From positions 1 to 48,713 of IMG/VR virus record IMGVR_UViG_3300016471_000749: a stretch of DNA of 48,713 nt. One strand, written 5' to 3'. Positions 15,994 through 24,254 of the stretch are shown in pieces. Source of the DNA: a virus (Duplodnaviria; Caudoviricetes). Position 1 is the first letter of the stretch, and each line of letters opens with the position of its first letter. The translations under genes were made by a program, and so were the position numbers. A model generated the notes under the pieces. It saw only the letters and a list, made by a program, of their open reading frames with translations. It did no database searches and was not told the DNA's origin.

Positions 15994-16646
15994 TGTTCAT
16001 ACATATACCTCATGAATTTCCAAAACTCAAACGAACTACTTCCGCAGATGGTACTCGAGTATACGAGACTCCTTCAGGTAAGGCATATCCATCTGTAACT
16101 ACAGTATCAGGACTCCTTAAAAAGAAAGCTATACTTGAATGGCGTAAAAGAGTAGGAGAAAAAGAGGCGAATGAAATATCTAAGAAAGCAGCTAATCGAG
16201 GAACAAGAATACACACTTTGTGTGAAAAATATTTATCCAATGATGAGATAAACTCTGGCTATTTTGATCAGGACATGTGGAATTCGATTAAACCTGAACT
16301 TAATCGCATAAACAATATACACGCATTAGAACAAGCTTTATATTCAGATCATCTTGAAGTTGCTGGTACAGTAGATTGTATAGCAGAATATGATGGTAAA
16401 TTATCTGTTATAGATTTTAAAACTTCAAAAAAAATAAAAGATAGAAACGATATACACGATTACTTTATACAATGTTCAGCATACGCCGTTGCATTTGAAG
16501 AAATGACAGGTATATCCATACCAAGGATAGTGATAGTAATGGCGGTTGAAGATCACGAACCTTTAATCTTTAAAGAAAAACGTGATGATTGGATAGGTGC
16601 GTTCAAAGATTTGAGAATAGAATATAAAAAATGGAAAAACATTTAA
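15993..16646 (+). CDS. PD-(D/E)XK (Cas4/RecB-like) exonuclease of T4-like phages
   Basis: YPSVTTV, RGT.IH, AGTVDCIAEYDG.LSVIDFKTS, Q..AYA. Confidence 0.9.
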   Translation: MFIHIPHEFPKLKRTTSADGTRVYETPSGKAYPSVTTVSGLLKKKAILEWRKRVGEKEANEISKKAANRGTRIHTLCEKYLSNDEINSGYFDQDMWNSIKPELNRINNIHALEQALYSDHLEVAGTVDCIAEYDGKLSVIDFKTSKKIKDRNDIHDYFIQCSAYAVAFEEMTGISIPRIVIVMAVEDHEPLIFKEKRDDWIGAFKDLRIEYKKWKNI

Positions 16647-16668
16647 TTTAAACTATTGAAAGATATTA

Positions 16669-16677
16669 TAATAAATA
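16669..16677 (+). promoter_or_regulatory. T4-type late-promoter-like motif upstream of the tmRNA
   Basis: TAATAAATA, the same motif found at 30898, 35691, 48245 and 25311 (-). Confidence 0.55.
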
Positions 16678-16681
16678 ATTG

Positions 16682-17041
16682 TATGATCGTATGAAGTTGA
16701 TCAAAAAGTGTTCTGGACGGCGGTTCGATTCCGCCCAGGTCCACCATAATGGAGATTAGTATATGGATGAGTCATACTCGCTTTGGAAATTTATTAACAT
16801 AGATTGTATTAATTATATCTGTATTAATAATTATTCAAAAGCACACGCTAGATCCATTATGATGGGCCTGATCTGGTTTCGACAGGGCAAAGAGTAGAGA
16901 GATGGACGATCCGGTAGGCGATGACCGTAAATCAAGCAAAACCTATAAACGCCAATGATGACGTTTTTTACGAGGATCTACGCTTAGCAGCGTAACCCGT
17001 ACGGGGTCTTCCTGGTTCGCCTTGTTTCCCAATGAACCAGG
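16682..17041 (+). ncRNA. ssrA: circularly permuted (two-piece) tmRNA; tag ANDDVFYEDLRLAA
   Basis: Acceptor piece comes first: T arm GGCGG-TTCGATT-CCGCC and CAGGTCC-A-CCA ending at 16746. Coding piece begins GGGCCTGATCTGGTTTCGAC at 16864, giving the G3.U70 Ala determinant. Tag ORF 16951-16995 ends LAA*. Outer ends are approximate. Confidence 0.92.
17011..17041 (+). other. hairpin at the 3' end of the tmRNA coding piece (processing site or terminator)
   Basis: CCTGGTTC...GAACCAGG inverted repeat, preceded by the palindrome CCCGTACGGG. Confidence 0.5.
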
Positions 17042-17058
17042 TCTAATACGGAGATATT

Positions 17059-17661
17059 ATGGCTTTTGCAGATAATTTATATGAAGTAGTTAAAGGGGCA
17101 GTTTCTCCTGAAGTTTTAAATCATTGCGATATAGAATTTGAATTGCTGAAGAAGGTGATGTTTATTTCTAATAATGTTACCGAAGATAACAAGTATGCTT
17201 TCAATGATGATCAAATATCAAATAGTTTTTCTTACTATTCTCCTTTATGTTTTGAGACACTTGCACAAACTTTACTTCCTACAATGGAAGAAGTTACCGG
17301 TAAAAAGTTATACCCAACCTATACCTATGCAAGGATATACTACAATGGTGCGGAAATGGCGCGCCATACCGATCGACCTAGTTGCGAATTTTCTACAACA
17401 GTTTGCATATCTAATGATCCTAAGTTTGGTGCATGGGATATTTGGTTTAAAAATAAAGAGGGCAAAGAATTTCCAGTATGGCTAGAGCCAGGTGATGCAT
17501 TAGTATATAAAGGAGATATTCTAGAGCACTGGAGAAATCCATATGGTGGAGAAAGGCAATGTCAAGCATTTCTACATTATGTGGACAAGTTTGGTAAGTA
17601 TAGAGATTACAAATATGATAGAAGACCTTATATAGGATTGCCTGCGAGTTATAAAAAATGA
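17059..17661 (+). CDS. 2OG-Fe(II) oxygenase superfamily protein
   Basis: PTYTYARIY, H.DRPSCE (HxD), PGDALVYKG...HWR, Q.FLHYV. Confidence 0.85.
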   Translation: MAFADNLYEVVKGAVSPEVLNHCDIEFELLKKVMFISNNVTEDNKYAFNDDQISNSFSYYSPLCFETLAQTLLPTMEEVTGKKLYPTYTYARIYYNGAEMARHTDRPSCEFSTTVCISNDPKFGAWDIWFKNKEGKEFPVWLEPGDALVYKGDILEHWRNPYGGERQCQAFLHYVDKFGKYRDYKYDRRPYIGLPASYKK

Positions 17662-18191
17662 ATACATTAAAAGAATTAACTGCCGAAAAACATCGAGAGG
17701 CCGAAAATCAACCCTTTATAAAATCTATTTTTTCAGGAAAAGTCGATTCGTTGAAATATGCAAACTATTTGTATCAACTAATATTTGTATATGGTGCAAT
17801 TGAGGGGGCGGCAGTAAATTTAAAACTTTTAGACGGTATTGAAGATATAAAAAGGGCAAAATTTATAGAAGAGGATTGGTTAGAATTAATAGGTGAAAAT
17901 ACTAGTAAATTACTTCCATCAACAAAAAAGTATATGGAATATTTACAAATGGGTACCTTTTGGGGAGATAAGAAAAAGGTATTGGCTCATTTATATGTAA
18001 GACATATGGGAGATTTATTTGGCGGACAAATGTTAGCTAAATTGCTACCCGGAAGTTGTACAATGTATAAATTTGAAAATAGAGAAAATCTTATACTTGA
18101 AATGAGAAAACGAATAGATACATCATTAGCAGATGAAGCTAACTTAGCTTTTCAATATAATATAGATATAATCAAGGATTTTAATGATTGA
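17658..18191 (+). CDS. heme oxygenase (phage HemO/Ho1-like)
   Basis: LKELT...H..AE (proximal His), AHLYVRHMGDLFGGQ distal helix. Confidence 0.9.
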   Translation: MNTLKELTAEKHREAENQPFIKSIFSGKVDSLKYANYLYQLIFVYGAIEGAAVNLKLLDGIEDIKRAKFIEEDWLELIGENTSKLLPSTKKYMEYLQMGTFWGDKKKVLAHLYVRHMGDLFGGQMLAKLLPGSCTMYKFENRENLILEMRKRIDTSLADEANLAFQYNIDIIKDFND

Positions 18192-18855
18192 CATTTGGCC
18201 GCAGGTAACTAAGCTTGCAGATAAAATTATAGGTAAGTTTGATCAATATGAAAAGATTACTCTAAATGAAAAGTATCAACATAACCAAGAAGGCATAGAT
18301 TGGAATAATCATCTATGGGTATCAGATAAATTCCGCAGAGCACATATTGAAATATTGGATGCTAGAGAAAGTAAAAAGATGTGGGTTATGCATATGACCA
18401 TTTTCCCGCATTTTGATTGTCCCGATCCTATTTTTGGTTTTGATATAGTTTGCGGTAAAAATAAAATTACGGGAGCCTTTCATGATTTTTCCTATGTGGA
18501 TGAATCCGATCTTTACGAATGGTATCTTAATAAAATGTCCACTATTAATTGGGAAAAACCTAGACAACTACCGCAATGGGCATTGAATATCTTTAGTCCT
18601 CAAATGGTTGCTGCAGGAAATATTCAAACTCAGGAAGAGTTGGATAAATTAATAAATGTCTTTATAGACAATTTAGATCATTACATTTATAATATAGGTA
18701 ATAAAAAGAATTATCTAAATTATTCGATTAAACATAATTATTATTGTGCTAATCAAAAAGAAAATCCCCATACCCCAGCAATGATGGAAACTTTTGGTAT
18801 AGATAAAAATCTTTTTAGACAATTTATGGACGATGTACTTTTCCCGGAGACCTAA
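18184..18855 (+). CDS. ferredoxin-dependent bilin reductase (PcyA/PcyX-like)
   Basis: FRRAHIE, MH..IFP, PIFGFDIV.GKNKITGAFHDFS, RQLPQWA..IFS, YC.NQK.NPHT. Confidence 0.88.
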   Translation: MIDIWPQVTKLADKIIGKFDQYEKITLNEKYQHNQEGIDWNNHLWVSDKFRRAHIEILDARESKKMWVMHMTIFPHFDCPDPIFGFDIVCGKNKITGAFHDFSYVDESDLYEWYLNKMSTINWEKPRQLPQWALNIFSPQMVAAGNIQTQEELDKLINVFIDNLDHYIYNIGNKKNYLNYSIKHNYYCANQKENPHTPAMMETFGIDKNLFRQFMDDVLFPET

Positions 18856-19121
18856 TGGAAGAAGATTATACAAATATATTAAATGATACAATCATTATTA
18901 CTAAAAAATTTAGATCTCCAAATGAATTTTCACTTTATATTGAAGAAAAAGTAATTAAGGAAAAAATAGGTTATATGGATGCAATTATTAGTTATTGCTC
19001 TGAGATAGATATAGACATAGAAACAATATCAAAGTTAATAAATCAATCATTAAAAGACAAAATTAGACTTGAAGCAGAAGAACAAAATTATATCAAGAAA
19101 CAAGCAAAACTACCTTTATAA
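18855..19121 (+). CDS. gp33: late transcription coactivator gp33
   Basis: FS..IE......YMDAI..YC...ID.E...KLI...LK.KI..EA...N...AKLPL; adjacent to gp59. Confidence 0.88.
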   Translation: MEEDYTNILNDTIIITKKFRSPNEFSLYIEEKVIKEKIGYMDAIISYCSEIDIDIETISKLINQSLKDKIRLEAEEQNYIKKQAKLPL

Positions 19122-19123
19122 TC

Positions 19124-19732
19124 ATGATATCAATGACCGAATTCGAAATCTATAAAATGTACCTAGCATTAAAATTACATTTTACTACGGAAAATTATGA
19201 TGTGATTAAACAAAAAGGTAGAGTCAAAGCTAGTAAAGTTGCCTTTGCCAAACGAAAAGATCTATACTCGATAAAAAAAATATCTAAAACATATACTGAT
19301 GAAGAAATTGCCAATTTCCTAATTGCTAATTTTACCTCCGGAGATAGATGGGGGGGAGTATTTGATTTGGAGGCAGGGAATAGATATTTAGAATGGAAAA
19401 AGAAAATTGAAAGTTTATCATATACGTTTGACAAAGATTTAGAAACACTCAAAAATTCTTTAAACGAGGATAAACTTTCGATCAAAGACTTATTCCATAT
19501 TACTAAAAATCAACATCCATATATAATAAAAATATTTTTGAGAAACTCTATTTCTTTAGAAACTCTTGTAATAATAGAAAAAATAGATCCATATTTGGAT
19601 AACTTTGATAAAAATTTAGATGATACTATATTTTGGCCGGATTTATCTAGGATGATTAAAAAATATAAACCTTTTCTCACAATTGATAGGGAAAAATATG
19701 CAGGAATCTATAGAAGAAAATTTGAATCTTGA
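19124..19732 (+). CDS. gp59: helicase loader gp59
   Basis: Y..YLALKLHFT..NYD, F.KRKD, ISLETL, KKYKPFL; 33-59-32 synteny. Confidence 0.9.
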   Translation: MISMTEFEIYKMYLALKLHFTTENYDVIKQKGRVKASKVAFAKRKDLYSIKKISKTYTDEEIANFLIANFTSGDRWGGVFDLEAGNRYLEWKKKIESLSYTFDKDLETLKNSLNEDKLSIKDLFHITKNQHPYIIKIFLRNSISLETLVIIEKIDPYLDNFDKNLDDTIFWPDLSRMIKKYKPFLTIDREKYAGIYRRKFES

Positions 19733-19916
19733 TATTTACAAAATACAAGCTTTAGAAAAAGAATTATTTAAAACTAAAGAACTATTGCTGTCTACTATAG
19801 ATTCTTTGAAAGAAACACAGAGATATTTAATTAAACTAGCACACAATCAATCTGAAGTGACCAGAAGAATCTCGCAATGGCCTTATATTGCAGTACACGA
19901 TAGAGATTACGAATAG
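19698..19916 (+). CDS. small coiled-coil hypothetical protein
   Basis: Heptad-rich ORF overlapping the gp59 3' end; start uncertain (ORF track gives 19683). Confidence 0.6.
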   Translation: MQESIEENLNLDIYKIQALEKELFKTKELLLSTIDSLKETQRYLIKLAHNQSEVTRRISQWPYIAVHDRDYE

Positions 19917-19925
19917 GAGACTATC

Positions 19926-20048
19926 ATGTTAGATATTTTACTTTGGTTAGCAGTTGGTGCGTTTATTGGTTGGAATTTACCGCAACCTTTTTGGGCAAAA
20001 ATGCTTCAGGAAAAGGTTCAAACTTTATTATCTAAAAAGGAGAGTTAG
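19926..20048 (+). CDS. small membrane protein (40 aa; not in the ORF track)
   Basis: AGGAG RBS; MLDILLWLAVGAFIGWNLPQPFWAKMLQEKVQTLLSKKES*. Confidence 0.7.
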   Translation: MLDILLWLAVGAFIGWNLPQPFWAKMLQEKVQTLLSKKES

Positions 20049-20055
20049 TTTCTAA

Positions 20056-20250
20056 ATGAGTTTCAAAAGGAAGCACGATGGCCTTGATCGTGAAAAGAAA
20101 ATACACAAGGTGAAAACAAATAAAAATATTATAGACAAACATAAAAATGTCCTTTATAATATAGCATCATCTAAAAAAATTAGTGAGGATGATGAATTTG
20201 ATGATGAACTAGATTATGCATATGTGGGTGGTAAAAACAAACAGCGCTAA
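20056..20250 (+). CDS. small charged hypothetical protein
   Basis: AAGGAG upstream; basic N-terminus and acidic C-terminus. Confidence 0.6.
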   Translation: MSFKRKHDGLDREKKIHKVKTNKNIIDKHKNVLYNIASSKKISEDDEFDDELDYAYVGGKNKQR

Positions 20251-20297
20251 TATAACGCAATATACTTCAATACGACGTTTATACGAAAGGAAAAATT

Positions 20298-21218
20298 ATG
20301 GCATTTCAATCCCTATCTGATCTCCGTAAATCTCGCGGTGGCTTTGATTCTTTAATGAAAGAAGTTGAAAAGATCGCGAATCCCCAATCTGAATCTAGAG
20401 CAGATGATCGTTTCTGGCAACCCGAAGTAGATAAGGCCGGCAATGGTTATGCTGTTATCAGATTCCTTCCTCCCCCAAAAGGGGAAGAACTTCCTTGGGT
20501 TCGTATCTGGAATCATGGATTCCAGGGACCTGCAGGAAAATGGTATATCGAGAATTCTCTCACAACCCTAGGCAAAGCAGATCCCGTATCTGAGTATAAT
20601 ACTGAACTTTGGAATTCTGGTTCTGAGGCAAATAAAGAAGTTGCTCGTAAACAGAAGCGTAAGCTGACGTATTATTCAAATATCCTTGTAGTTAAGGACC
20701 CCGCGCATCCAGAGAATGAAGGTAAGGTTTTTCTCTATAAATTCGGCAAGAAGATCTTTGATAAGATCAAAGATATCGCTGAACCGCAATTCGAGGATGA
20801 GAAACCCGTTAATCCTTTTGATTTTTGGGAGGGGGCAAACTTTAAACTTAAGATTCGTAATGTTGAAGGTTATCGTAATTATGATAAATCTGAGTTTGAT
20901 AGCCCAAGCCCAGTTGCAAATGACGATTCATCTATCGAAAGAATCTGGAATCAACAACATTCGCTTACTCAGTTCTTAGATGAGAAGTATTTTAAATCTT
21001 ATGATGAACTGAAAAAGAAATTAGACATGGTTCTTGGTACAACTTCGGCTCCTGTTAAGAAAGCAGAAGAAATTGATCTAGAGGAAGATGAATATGAAAA
21101 ACCCGTTGTCCGCCAATCCGCTCCAAAGGTAGAAACGAAAGTTCCTCCGAAGGATATCGATTTCGACGATGACGACGAATCGCTTTCCTATTTCTCAAAG
21201 TTAGCAGAAGACGATTAA
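20298..21218 (+). CDS. gp32: single-stranded DNA-binding protein gp32
   Basis: DDRFW.P..DKAGNGYAVIRFLP, WYIENSLTTLG, GKVFLYKFGKKIFDKI, acidic tail SYFSKLAEDD. Confidence 0.96.
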   Translation: MAFQSLSDLRKSRGGFDSLMKEVEKIANPQSESRADDRFWQPEVDKAGNGYAVIRFLPPPKGEELPWVRIWNHGFQGPAGKWYIENSLTTLGKADPVSEYNTELWNSGSEANKEVARKQKRKLTYYSNILVVKDPAHPENEGKVFLYKFGKKIFDKIKDIAEPQFEDEKPVNPFDFWEGANFKLKIRNVEGYRNYDKSEFDSPSPVANDDSSIERIWNQQHSLTQFLDEKYFKSYDELKKKLDMVLGTTSAPVKKAEEIDLEEDEYEKPVVRQSAPKVETKVPPKDIDFDDDDESLSYFSKLAEDD

Positions 21219-22705
21219 AATATTGGGATAGCATTCCGGAAGGCTGCCATTCCGGAATTTCCTGTATCTGGTCTGGAAGAAAGAAACTGGGTGGAGGATC
21301 CTCCACCCACCGTATTCTGAGTAACATTATTTTGACTTATATTCACAGGGGCAGAAGGTTGCTTGCCTTCTTGTAAACTTTGAGTCAAATCATTTACAGA
21401 TTGAGTCATTAAATCACCTATATTCAATAACTCTATTTTCCCCTTTTTTCCTAAATCTATCGTGAAAGCATCATTCAACATTTTCATCATGGATTCTTCA
21501 GAAAGATTTTCTGCCCCAGGGATTTCGCCCATTAATCCTTGTCTTAAAGTATCAAAAATACCCACAGTCTTTTGCACAGATGTGTCTATACCATGGAAAG
21601 TGTCCATAGCTTTCTTTTGAACGGCATCTAATCTTTCTAATTCCTTCTTTGATGCGGCATCAGAATTTTTAGATAGTTGTTCTCTATAAGATTCCACCTC
21701 TTCCATCATTTTTAAAGTATCACCCGATTGAAGAATATCTTGCTTTCGTTTCTCTTGTCCTATCATAGGTAAAGCTTCAAACTGTGCTCGTATAGCTTTT
21801 TCTTCCATCTCTTTACTTCTATCCATTGCATCGGGAGAAAATTTATTCTTTTGTTGTTCTTCTTCTTGGCGTCCTTTTAATGCATCCCCGCCTTCAATTT
21901 TTTTAACTACATCTTCCCATCCTGCCATTTTCGCTATACCTAAAGATACGGCATCTCCGATTTTAGATCCAACATAAGCACCTCCTGCAACCACAGCAGC
22001 CAAAGGCGCGAACCTAGCCAATACTCCCAAGACAGGTGCGAGTAATCTACCTAAACTAGCAAAAGCAGGTAGTATCCTTAAAACTATTCCAGATAATTTG
22101 CCCACGACTCCCAATAAACTGCCAAACGATCCTATAACTTTACCTATCATAGTCCCAAGACCTAAAACTGCTGCGCCCAATGCGCCGAATATTCCTCCGC
22201 CGGAATCGGATTCTTCTTTTCCTGAATCTTTTTTCTTTTGATCTTTCCCGGTAAAATATTTTACTAGCATACTCATACTATTATCTGTTCTCGCAGCAAT
22301 ATTTTTTAGTTCTATTATTTCTTTAATTAGTCCAGATTCGGGACCATACATACTAGCAAATTTTTGTTCAGTATCCTTTGAATTTTCTTCTTTTCCTAAT
22401 AATTTAGATAATGCTCGCGTTACAGTATTTTCTTTTTTATCATCTTTAACTTCTATCTTTTTTTGTTCTAATGGAGTTTTTTGCTGTTCAAAATATTTTT
22501 TAAGTTCAGAAAAATTATTCGCATTGGATGCGATTTCTTTCCTCATATTCTGAATATCTTTATTAATATATCTCAAAACTCTTTCAGTGCCCATGAAGGC
22601 ACCGGTTAGCTTTACAATAGAATTCCTTTGATCTCTCAGTATAGATTCGGTCTGGCTTTCTCTGTTTCCGGACATGTTATTATTTGGTAGTATAGGAAGT
22701 GCCAT
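21215..22705 (-). CDS. putative tape measure / baseplate hub protein (gp29-like)
   Basis: Long helical protein with a central Gly/Ala hydrophobic stretch; lies downstream of gp26/gp51-like genes. Confidence 0.6.
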   Translation of the reverse strand: MALPILPNNNMSGNRESQTESILRDQRNSIVKLTGAFMGTERVLRYINKDIQNMRKEIASNANNFSELKKYFEQQKTPLEQKKIEVKDDKKENTVTRALSKLLGKEENSKDTEQKFASMYGPESGLIKEIIELKNIAARTDNSMSMLVKYFTGKDQKKKDSGKEESDSGGGIFGALGAAVLGLGTMIGKVIGSFGSLLGVVGKLSGIVLRILPAFASLGRLLAPVLGVLARFAPLAAVVAGGAYVGSKIGDAVSLGIAKMAGWEDVVKKIEGGDALKGRQEEEQQKNKFSPDAMDRSKEMEEKAIRAQFEALPMIGQEKRKQDILQSGDTLKMMEEVESYREQLSKNSDAASKKELERLDAVQKKAMDTFHGIDTSVQKTVGIFDTLRQGLMGEIPGAENLSEESMMKMLNDAFTIDLGKKGKIELLNIGDLMTQSVNDLTQSLQEGKQPSAPVNISQNNVTQNTVGGGSSTQFLSSRPDTGNSGMAAFRNAIPIF

Positions 22706-22706
22706 A

Positions 22707-22904
22707 TTATCTACTCCGTTCTAAATTCTTTTGTTGCATTTTTTCGTGTTCTTGTTGCATAAAGTTAATTAACATAGTTACGTAAATGTCTCTTTCCCAT
22801 GGTAGCATATTTTCTATTTCTGTTATTGAATACTTATGATGTTGCATTAAAGAAAAATTCAATTGAAAATAGTTAGCTAGTCCTTCATGAGAAAGAGTTA
22901 AACG
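22707..22904 (-). CDS. gp51-like baseplate hub assembly ORF (probably reached by -1 frameshift from gp26; alternative ATG at 22847)
   Basis: RLTLSHEGLANYFQLNFSLMQHHKYSITEIENMLPWERDIYVTMLINF...*; the LMQHHKYS..E.ENM.PWER.IY motif is recognised; absent from the ORF track. Confidence 0.8.
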   Translation of the reverse strand, partial: RLTLSHEGLANYFQLNFSLMQHHKYSITEIENMLPWERDIYVTMLINFMQQEHEKMQQKNLERSR

Positions 22905-23593
22905 AAAAAATTTTGCAATCCCTCCAGATTAACTAAATTATATTTTCCACAGTTGTCGCAAGTTTTTTCTATTTTTTGTGTTACCTTTGGCATGGTCAAA
23001 AAGAATTTTTCTAATTTCTCAAACTGATCCTTTGAAAAAGAATTTATAAATTCTACTAATTCTTCCCTGGTATAGTTATCATAATATTGTTCATCAGTAT
23101 AAACTCCCTTTATGCAAGAACATAATACCTCGACAATTTTTTCTGAGTTTAAATTTTGATATATTTCAATCATTTCTTGTAATCTAGGATATCTCATTTC
23201 TACACCGATATTATTAGATATCAAAATTTTATTACTATGTTCTTGTTTCTTTTCAACTGTAGCTTTGGTTAAATCTAATTCAATTTCCATTTTTTCTTCA
23301 CATTGTTCACATTTCAGTGTTAAGGTCGAAACTTCTCCTATAGATTTTGAACGAATATTTAAGAAAAGATATTCTAGATCAAATGTTGCTAATTCCTGGA
23401 TATTTAGTTTATTAAATGTACAAGCATCAATAAGCTCTTCAACCATACGATGTATTTCTTCATTATCTGATTGTAATGCTGTAAGTAATATCTTATATTC
23501 CTTGACAAGGAAAGGACGATATTTTACGACTTCATCTGTTGAAGGTAAAATCAATTCATAAGTAGGTGTTTCTAATCTAGGTAAAGTCATCAT
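22898..23593 (-). CDS. gp26: baseplate hub assembly protein gp26-like
   Basis: LP....PTYEL.LPST...VKYRPFLVKE, FDLEYLFLNIRSKSIGE, CxxC pairs, LEGLQNFF. Confidence 0.9.
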   Translation of the reverse strand: MMTLPRLETPTYELILPSTDEVVKYRPFLVKEYKILLTALQSDNEEIHRMVEELIDACTFNKLNIQELATFDLEYLFLNIRSKSIGEVSTLTLKCEQCEEKMEIELDLTKATVEKKQEHSNKILISNNIGVEMRYPRLQEMIEIYQNLNSEKIVEVLCSCIKGVYTDEQYYDNYTREELVEFINSFSKDQFEKLEKFFLTMPKVTQKIEKTCDNCGKYNLVNLEGLQNFFV

Positions 23594-23609
23594 TATTCCT
23601 TATATTATT

Positions 23610-24254
23610 TTAACCGCCTCCGGGGAGAGATCGTAAACGTTTGTTTCTTTCGGAAAATTCTTCGGGGATTTGAACTTCTGATGTTCCTCTTTTTTCTTTT
23701 GTGCGTAATAATCTATGTTTAGCCGTCCATGATCTATAAGCAAAATTTACTAAAAGTTTGCTAATTTGATTTTGATTGCCATAGTTTAATTCTACAGGAA
23801 CCAGACTCCTCGGGAATACATCCTGCAAACTCACAGTATATACAATCTGATTTTGTTCATTCAATTGCATAATTTTTAAGTTATCTACTGCATAGTCGCT
23901 TCGATAATATACATTATAGGAGAGGGGATCAACTACCTTTTGTATCCAAGCATCAAAGAATGCTTTTAGATCCATCTGCTGATCTAATAGAAAAGATAAA
24001 GTTATTCCTTCACCCCCGTATTCAATGCCAAACGGTCTCTGGTAAACGGGACCATAAATTCTTTGAGGGCGAACTCCTATTATGGAAGGAGGAAGCGTAG
24101 CAGAATCACAATATAGATTAATTAATCTTAATTGTCCGTTAAATCTATTTGCTAATGATGCGGGTATGGGTATCTCAACTTCGAATCTTGTTGGCCTCGC
24201 CAACCCCCGAGCCATTACATCAGATTTAAATTCTCGCAAAGAAAAATTTGCCAT
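23610..24254 (-). CDS. tail-tube-fold protein (gp19/gp54 family, probable tube initiator)
   Basis: GLARPTRFEV, C.SATLP, FFDAW, L.DVFP, V.FAYR.W. Confidence 0.8.
   Translation of the reverse strand: MANFSLREFKSDVMARGLARPTRFEVEIPIPASLANRFNGQLRLINLYCDSATLPPSIIGVRPQRIYGPVYQRPFGIEYGGEGITLSFLLDQQMDLKAFFDAWIQKVVDPLSYNVYYRSDYAVDNLKIMQLNEQNQIVYTVSLQDVFPRSLVPVELNYGNQNQISKLLVNFAYRSWTAKHRLLRTKEKRGTSEVQIPEEFSERNKRLRSLPGGG

Noticed and set aside
15993-16646. Cas4-like nuclease as a sign of a CRISPR system
   Set aside because: No repeat-spacer array or other cas genes were seen; this exonuclease is a standard neighbour of phoH in T4-like phages.
16719-16746. Apparent stand-alone tRNA 3' half (T arm + CCA) or attachment site
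   Set aside because: Explained as the acceptor piece of the permuted tmRNA; no integrase in the window.
16749-16862. Possible TAG read-through ORF (MEISIW...LLT*IVLIISVLIII...) suggesting stop-codon reassignment
   Set aside because: Long conserved genes are intact in the standard code and TAG terminates plausible genes (6715, 15993, 20048); the hydrophobic run is expected from AT-rich DNA.
21215-21218. Convergent gp32 and tape-measure genes sharing TTAA stop codons with no terminator
   Set aside because: A common compaction feature in phage genomes; no further signal seen.
8930-21218. Introns, inteins or homing endonucleases in ligase, phoH or gp32
   Set aside because: These genes are of normal length and uninterrupted; no LAGLIDADG, HNH, GIY-YIG or intein motifs were noticed.
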